This document shows positions 49,059 through 53,503 of a stretch of 53,503 bases of DNA, piece after piece. Made by a program: the position numbers and the translations under genes. The notes beneath the pieces were generated by a model. That model saw nothing but the letters and a program-made list of their open reading frames with translations, did no database searches and was not told where the DNA came from. Source of the DNA: Chloroflexota bacterium (GTDB taxonomy: Bacteria > Chloroflexota > Limnocylindria > Limnocylindrales > CSP1-4). The stretch lies in assembly GCA_025935415.1 (NCBI GenBank), contig JAICVI010000002.1, positions 1-53,503 on the forward strand. Reading direction: 5' to 3'. How positions within the stretch are numbered: position 1 is the stretch's first letter; each line of letters starts with the position of its first letter.

Positions 49059-52000
49059 CTAGCGGAGCAGCGCGATCGCGTCGAGGTCGATCCGGGCGTG
49101 GCCCGTGGTCCCACCGACGACCACGAGGCGGAGGCTGTGGGTGCCGGCGCTCGGCCAGCTGTGGGCGAACATGACCTGCCGGTACGCCGTCGAGGCGGCG
49201 GCGGTGTTGATCGTGGTCACGTAGGAACCGTCGAGGTAGACCTTCACCTTGCCGCCATCCGGGCGCCGGCTCAGGACGAGCGCCACGGACCGGCCGCTGA
49301 ACGAGTAGCGGGCTGTGGCCCCCGCGGCGGTGGCGTAGCGGACGGTCCCGCCGGAGTACCCGGACGCCGCCACGAGCTTCCAGGTCCCGCTGTAATCGAT
49401 CGCCGTCGACTCGTTCTGGCGCAGCAGCACCGGGATCGTCGAGCCCACCGCCCAGCCACCGACGTTGCCGGCACGGTCGCGGGCACGGACCTCGAACCGG
49501 TACTCGTGCCCGGGCGTGAGTGCCACCACCATCGAGCGGGAGGTCGTGTCGATCGCCAGGTCCGCCCAGGCCCCGCCATCGACGCTGCGGCGCACGTCGT
49601 AGTCGCGGATACCGGCGCCACCGACATCGGAGGCGGACCAGGTGAGGGTGGCCCCGAGGCTCGCACCGGCGGACGCCGTGGCGAGCCCACCGCCGCTCCG
49701 CAATGCCACCCTCGGCTTGGCGGCGATCGGCCCGGAGCGGTCGATGACGACGCGCGATGCGGCGACGGTTGCCGGCGGCCCGACGTTCGCGACGGCGTCG
49801 CTGACCGAACGGGCGCGGAGCGAGAGCTGCAGGCTGCCGGGACCGCAGCCCGTGACGCGGATGAACCATGTCGTCCCGGATCCGGTCGGCGCCGCGACAT
49901 GGCAACCCGCGGCGGTGCCGGTCCGGCTGAGATCCGCGGCGCTGAGGCCCTTGATCGCGCCGCCGAAGACGAGCCTGTAGACGAGGTCCCCGGACTGCGT
50001 CGGCGACGCTGGCGTGGTGGTGAAGGACTTCACGGATGTGGGCACCGCCGGACCCACGATGGCCCCCGCCTTCGCGATCTGGGCGGTGGTGACCGGGCTT
50101 GCCGAGGGCGCCGTGTAGACCGCCGACCCGCGCTGGCCCTTCAGCTGCAGGACGTAGGCGCCGGCCGGCAGCAGCGACCCACCCACGCGGCCATTCCAGT
50201 TGTAGGCGTGGCTGGCCTTGCTGGTCCCGTTCAGCCGCACGCTCCCGACGAGGGTGCCGTCGAGACGGAAGACCTGGAGCGCCAGGCTGTCCAGCTCGAT
50301 CTGGTTCCGCCAGGTGACGTGAATCGTGTCGTGGGCCGGGTCCCTGGGCGTGAGCACCCGCTGGCCGCCGAGATTGAGGCGGAGCCCGGTGATCCCGGCC
50401 TTCACCTGCGTCGCATAGGTCGGGCGCCGCGGGGCGGCGTTCTTGACGCCGTTGCCGAATGCCGCAACCCAGCCGCCCACCTGCGGGGGATCGACCGGCG
50501 ACCACTGCGCGATCGGTCCGGTCACCTCGAACCACGTGTAGCCGTTGCGCTCGACGGGGCCGCCGGTCACCCGGAGAGCGTCGCCGCGATCGAGCGTCGC
50601 CATGACCGACGCGCCGGTGGAGGCGCTGCTCCGGAGCCGGAGCCCGTCCGTGAGCACGGTCGCGAACCCGCCCGCCCGGATGGCTGACGGAATGCCGATC
50701 GAGGCCACGGAGCCGGCGCCGCTCCAGCCTGAGACATTGCCGTGCGCGTCCTTTGCACGGACGCGGAACGCGTACGTGTGGCCGTCGTGCCCGGGGTAGA
50801 TGCCGCTCGTCGCCCTGGTCGACGTATACCAGCGGTGCCAGGCGCCGCCATCCGCGGACATCTCGACGTCATAGCCGACGATGGCGCTGTCGTCCCAGCC
50901 TCTCCAGCCGACGCGGAAGCCCTCGTCACGTTGCGTCTGGGGAAGCGTCTCGATGCCGACCACGGGCGGCGTCGTGTCCTGCAGGAACTTCTCCGCGAGC
51001 GCGTTGCGCAGCTCGGGGTGAGCCCCGTCGAACCCGAGGGCCCAGATCCCGACGCCGCGGAGTTGCTCCCGATTGACGAGGTCGTAGCGGCGCTTGAGCG
51101 AGGTCGCGTCGTCGTAGTAGAGCTGGCGCCAGGAGCTCACGCAGCCGTAGGCGCTCGTGCAGGTCTGCTTGCGATAGACGGTCCACGGCGCCTGCTCGAC
51201 GGCGTCCCAGTGTCGGCCGTGGGCCGCCGCAAACTCCACCGCCTGCGAGTACAGCGGCACCGCCGAAGCCCCGTACTTCGCCTGGGAGAGGGTCGCGGCA
51301 TGGACGGAGCTGGTCGCCGTGGACCAGGCACGGCCGTAGTACGGGACGCCGAGGATGATCTTCGATGGCGAGACCTTCGCCGTGAAGGCCTCGATCGTGT
51401 CGGTTAGGTCGTAGGTCGGCCCGGTCAGCGGGGAGATCGAGCCGGCCGTGGCCGAGCCCGCGGTCCGGTAGTCGTAGCCCATGACGAACACGGCATCGGC
51501 GCCACCGGGGGCCGTGGCCGCCGCGATCGGCTGGTTGCCGATGGAGGCCATCGCGTCGAACGTCAGCTGGTAGCCCCTGGCGACGATGTTCAGCTCCGCG
51601 CGGACCTTCCGGACGAGCGCCGTGAACTCGTCGGCGTAGCCGGCGACGATCGGCTCGAAGTCGAGGTTCACGCCGTCCGCGCCACGGTCCCGGATCGCGG
51701 CGGCGAGCTGCTTCGCGAGGGTGGCGCGGGCGGTCGAGCTGCGGAGGATCGCGGCCTGCACGCGAGCGCCGCTGGAGCTCCAGGCAAAGCACGAGACGGT
51801 GAGAACGACCCGGGTGTGGTGGGCGTGGGCGGCGTCGATGATCGAGGTCATCTTCGAGCTCGTCCAGCCGGCCCAGCCGGTCGTCGCCGATCCGTCGGGG
51901 TTCCGCTTGGCGAGGCTGCCGTTGGCGTTGCAGCCGACGCTGAAATAGGCGACGGTCGAGAGCGTCCGCCAGTCGAGGGTCGTCGACCTGTCGGTCATCT

Positions 52001-52667
52001 CCCAGTACGGCAGGAACCCGAAGACCTCACGCCGCAGGCCGCTCGCGCCGACGGCGGCGGTGGTCTCGACGCCGCCTGATGTCGCGCCGCCGGCGGTCGC
52101 ACCGTCGGTTGCGAGCCTGTCCAGCGCGGTAGCCGGATCCGCCACCGCGTCGAGAGGCGCGATCGGCTGGTCGACGGTCTCGTCAAGTCCGTCCACACGC
52201 CCGGATGCGTCGCCGCTCTGGCCCGGCGCTCCGGCGGCCCACGTCGAGTCCTGTGGCGAGTCGCGCATCTGCCGGCCCGTTGCGTGACCGGGCGGGAGCG
52301 CTCGCGGTGTCTCGTCGTCGACGGTCCAGGTGTCGGCGGCGCTTGGCGAGAACGGCACGCTGACGCGACCACCGGGCTCGAAGGCGATGACGTCCCTCGC
52401 GTGCTCCTCGGCGGACAGCCACTGGACCGAGGCGAGGTCCTCCGTGACGCCGCCGCGGTCGAGGCTGCCATCGAGCCCGTCAGATGGCCCGGCGGCCGCG
52501 ACGGGAACGACGGGACCGTCGCCCGAAATCCCTTCCGTGAGCCGGGTGGACGCGGCCACGGGCCCGGGGGCGGCGAGTGGGGCCGCGGTCGCGACGAGGA
52601 GGACGAGCCCGAGGGCTGCCCGCAGACGAGCGAGCCTTGCGGCGACGGCTGTGCTGTGCAGTCTCAA
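49059..52667 (-). CDS. Large secreted multidomain protein (1202 aa): GH18 chitinase-like/YaaH-like domain, FN3 repeats, SH3b-like and FlgD-Ig-like domains, and a C-terminal beta-sandwich module
   Basis: Track ORF. The signal peptide reads LRAALGLVLLVATAAPLAAPGPVAAS. GH18 features are FGFLPYWE..., DGVNLDFEP, FVMGYDY and GVPYYGR. FN3-like units contain GYDVEMS.DGG.W and RDYDVRRSVDGGAW...GHEYRFEVRARDRAGNVG. The SH3b-like stretch reads LRLRSSASTGASVMATLDRGDALRV. Confidence 0.8.
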   Translation of the reverse strand: MRLHSTAVAARLARLRAALGLVLLVATAAPLAAPGPVAASTRLTEGISGDGPVVPVAAAGPSDGLDGSLDRGGVTEDLASVQWLSAEEHARDVIAFEPGGRVSVPFSPSAADTWTVDDETPRALPPGHATGRQMRDSPQDSTWAAGAPGQSGDASGRVDGLDETVDQPIAPLDAVADPATALDRLATDGATAGGATSGGVETTAAVGASGLRREVFGFLPYWEMTDRSTTLDWRTLSTVAYFSVGCNANGSLAKRNPDGSATTGWAGWTSSKMTSIIDAAHAHHTRVVLTVSCFAWSSSGARVQAAILRSSTARATLAKQLAAAIRDRGADGVNLDFEPIVAGYADEFTALVRKVRAELNIVARGYQLTFDAMASIGNQPIAAATAPGGADAVFVMGYDYRTAGSATAGSISPLTGPTYDLTDTIEAFTAKVSPSKIILGVPYYGRAWSTATSSVHAATLSQAKYGASAVPLYSQAVEFAAAHGRHWDAVEQAPWTVYRKQTCTSAYGCVSSWRQLYYDDATSLKRRYDLVNREQLRGVGIWALGFDGAHPELRNALAEKFLQDTTPPVVGIETLPQTQRDEGFRVGWRGWDDSAIVGYDVEMSADGGAWHRWYTSTRATSGIYPGHDGHTYAFRVRAKDAHGNVSGWSGAGSVASIGIPSAIRAGGFATVLTDGLRLRSSASTGASVMATLDRGDALRVTGGPVERNGYTWFEVTGPIAQWSPVDPPQVGGWVAAFGNGVKNAAPRRPTYATQVKAGITGLRLNLGGQRVLTPRDPAHDTIHVTWRNQIELDSLALQVFRLDGTLVGSVRLNGTSKASHAYNWNGRVGGSLLPAGAYVLQLKGQRGSAVYTAPSASPVTTAQIAKAGAIVGPAVPTSVKSFTTTPASPTQSGDLVYRLVFGGAIKGLSAADLSRTGTAAGCHVAAPTGSGTTWFIRVTGCGPGSLQLSLRARSVSDAVANVGPPATVAASRVVIDRSGPIAAKPRVALRSGGGLATASAGASLGATLTWSASDVGGAGIRDYDVRRSVDGGAWADLAIDTTSRSMVVALTPGHEYRFEVRARDRAGNVGGWAVGSTIPVLLRQNESTAIDYSGTWKLVAASGYSGGTVRYATAAGATARYSFSGRSVALVLSRRPDGGKVKVYLDGSYVTTINTAAASTAYRQVMFAHSWPSAGTHSLRLVVVGGTTGHARIDLDAIALLR

Positions 52668-52770
52668 CGGATCGCAGACGGTATCGGCGGGGTGCGCGGG
52701 CGCCCAGCCGTACGAAAGTCAGGTTGGGAGTGGTACCGGGCGGTCTTGTGCGGTTCGGTGCGGTCGCCCG

Positions 52771-53503
52771 CTACTTGACGACCTCGAAGGCGTCGACCGT
52801 GGCGAGCGGCCGGTCAGCGGTCCCCACGACGACCAGCTTGATCGTGTGGGCGCCGTAGCTGGACCAGTACTTGCTGTAGACCACCCGTCGGTAGGTGGCG
52901 GAATCGGCGCGCGTGTCGACGGTCTTCACGAGCACGTTGTCGACCCAGACCTGGACCTGGCCGGCGTCGGGACGAAGCGTGGTCACCCAGGCGATGGCGC
53001 GACCGCTGAAGGCGTAGCTGACGCTCGCGCCGGGCGAGGTCGACGACTTTGCCGAGCCCCCGCTGTTCTGGCTGTTCGAGCCCGAGGTCCACGTGCCGGC
53101 CCACTTGAGCGCGGTGCTCGATTGCTGGGTCAGGCCCGGGTACCAGGTGTACGAGGGCGACCAGCTCCCGACGTTCCCGGCATTGTCCCTGGCGCGGACG
53201 CGGAAGCGGTACGTGTGGCCCGGGTTCATCGTCCAGTTGAGCGACTTGGCCGTGGTCGCGGACGCGATCGTCGTGAAGGTGCCGCCGTCGTAGCTGCGCT
53301 GGACGTCATACGAGGCGATTCCCGCGCCCGCATCCGTGCCGCTCCAGGTCAGCTGCAGCAGGAGCCGCTGCGTCGTGGACGGGCCCTCGAGCGCCACGCC
53401 CGTCCGAAGGACCGGCTTCGCGGTGGCCACGGTCGGCGCCGAGTTGTCGACCGTGACGGTCGCCGCGACGATCGGCCCCGCGGGACCCTTGGCGAGCGTG
53501 CTG
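52771..53503 (-). CDS. C-terminal part of a second secreted FN3-containing protein sharing the terminal FN3 plus beta-sandwich module with 49059..52667; the gene continues beyond the right edge
   Basis: Track ORF 52771..53430. The frame stays open to 53503 (..STLAKGPAGPIVAATVTVDNSAPTVATAKPV..). ASYDVQRSYDGGTF...GHTYRFRVRARDNAGNVG and YAFSGRAIAWVTTLRPDAGQVQVWVDN...HTIKLVVVGT parallel the C-terminus of the GH18 protein. Confidence 0.65.
   Translation of the reverse strand, partial: STLAKGPAGPIVAATVTVDNSAPTVATAKPVLRTGVALEGPSTTQRLLLQLTWSGTDAGAGIASYDVQRSYDGGTFTTIASATTAKSLNWTMNPGHTYRFRVRARDNAGNVGSWSPSYTWYPGLTQQSSTALKWAGTWTSGSNSQNSGGSAKSSTSPGASVSYAFSGRAIAWVTTLRPDAGQVQVWVDNVLVKTVDTRADSATYRRVVYSKYWSSYGAHTIKLVVVGTADRPLATVDAFEVVK

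Noticed and set aside
49006-50535. N-terminal 510 aa of track ORF 48241..50535, which would make a 764-aa Ppm1 fusion
   Set aside because: Only the last 254 aa (from the ATG at 49005) look like a GT2 polyprenyl-phosphate sugar synthase. The upstream part is R/G/P-rich and antisense to the C-terminal domains of the GH18 protein.

Overview
This is a high-GC (roughly 70% G+C by eye), densely coding bacterial chromosomal window. I call about 50 protein-coding genes and two tRNA-Pro genes. I found no rRNA, CRISPR array, transposase, integrase or phage genes. Many very long ORFs in the supplied track are Arg/Pro/Gly-rich antisense or out-of-frame artefacts typical of high-GC DNA, and I did not call them. 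The gene content includes two F420-dependent enzyme families, a PucR regulator, ResB, DUF3048 and TagF-type enzymes. This fits a high-GC Gram-positive-type lineage (Actinomycetota- or Chloroflexota-like), but I cannot place it further without a database search.

The region 1-28 kb holds housekeeping and regulatory genes:
- a PPOX/F420 enzyme, an AlkA-like glycosylase, two PAS proteins, an apparently frameshifted MBL hydrolase, an MFS transporter and a TetR regulator
- glnA, PucR, a resB with no ccsA partner in view, an Lrp-GGDEF pair and an LLM oxidoreductase
- a sulfite-oxidase-fold gene flanked by two paralogous helical unknowns
- two ABC-2 exporter modules, one with DesK/DesR-like and one with MarR regulation
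- a BNR lipoprotein, rdgB-rph-mazG and a multi-parvulin PPIase

The region 28.4-53.5 kb is a cell-envelope glycopolymer island:
- two TagF-family polyol-phosphate transferases around a Bcs1-type fused CDP-ribitol synthase
- a nucleotide-sugar dehydrogenase, a GT2, a roughly 1200-aa two-module glycosyltransferase and a GT-C enzyme
- an FkbH-like HAD protein with an extra C-terminal domain, and a TagG/TagH-type exporter
- a Ppm1/GtrB-like polyprenyl-phosphate-sugar synthase, DUF3048, and large GH18/FN3 secreted proteins

The best candidate for something undescribed is this island's non-textbook gene set. The key element is a GtrA-like membrane domain fused to an HPr-kinase-like P-loop domain (32085..33797), sitting beside the GT-C enzyme.

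All family assignments come from reading motifs by eye. No searches were run.
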